A DNA stretch of 64,000 nucleotides, taken from contig NIVC01000029.1 of the NCBI GenBank assembly GCA_002269645.1, positions 1,329,834 through 1,393,833 on the forward strand, given 5' to 3'. The DNA comes from Macrostomum lignano (lineage: Eukaryota). Of this stretch, positions 63,859-64,000 are shown in pieces. A model generated the notes under the pieces. The model ran no database searches. It saw only the letters and a list, made by a program, of their open reading frames with translations, and had not been told where the DNA came from. Position numbers and translations under genes: made by a program. Each line of letters opens with the position of its first letter. The first letter of the stretch is position 1.

Positions 63859-64000
63859 TTTTTGCAATCCGTATTTCTTAGAAGTTTGTTGCTTGTCGTT
63901 GCTTTTTGAAAAAAAAAATTACTGAGAAATCCTGCCATTTATAACACTCGGTTGCCATGGTGAATACGAGGGGGGGGAGAGAGAGATAGAAAAGCTTCTG

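Overview
Eukaryotic, intron-containing genomic DNA packed with minisatellites. The style (GC-rich poly-Ala coding exons, satellite-filled introns) suggests a free-living flatworm such as Macrostomum; this is inference only. Four host genes were reconstructed by hand from phase-consistent GT-AG exons: the 3' exon of an LRRC73-like gene (+), a divergent two-exon innexin (+), a seven-exon PDE4/dunce cAMP phosphodiesterase (-), and a four-exon secreted, probably GPI-anchored double Ly6/uPAR-like protein (-) that is absent from the ORF track. After a 658-nt N gap there is a head-to-tail array of 4502-bp Neptune-type Penelope-like elements. Each unit has an extra ORF1 with a degenerate SGNH-like domain, an A_AAA_AAC -1 slippery site leading into the RT/GIY-YIG ORF, and a minimal hammerhead ribozyme. 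The array is cut by a 10.7-kb Ty3/Gypsy LTR element with an unusual layout, Gag-[signal]-gB-like envelope-[TM]-late domains-PR-RT-RH-IN, plus a small myristoylation-motif RING ORF. This looks like an enveloped retrovirus-like element and is the most striking object in the window. Two small non-autonomous DNA elements and about 15 satellite arrays fill the rest.
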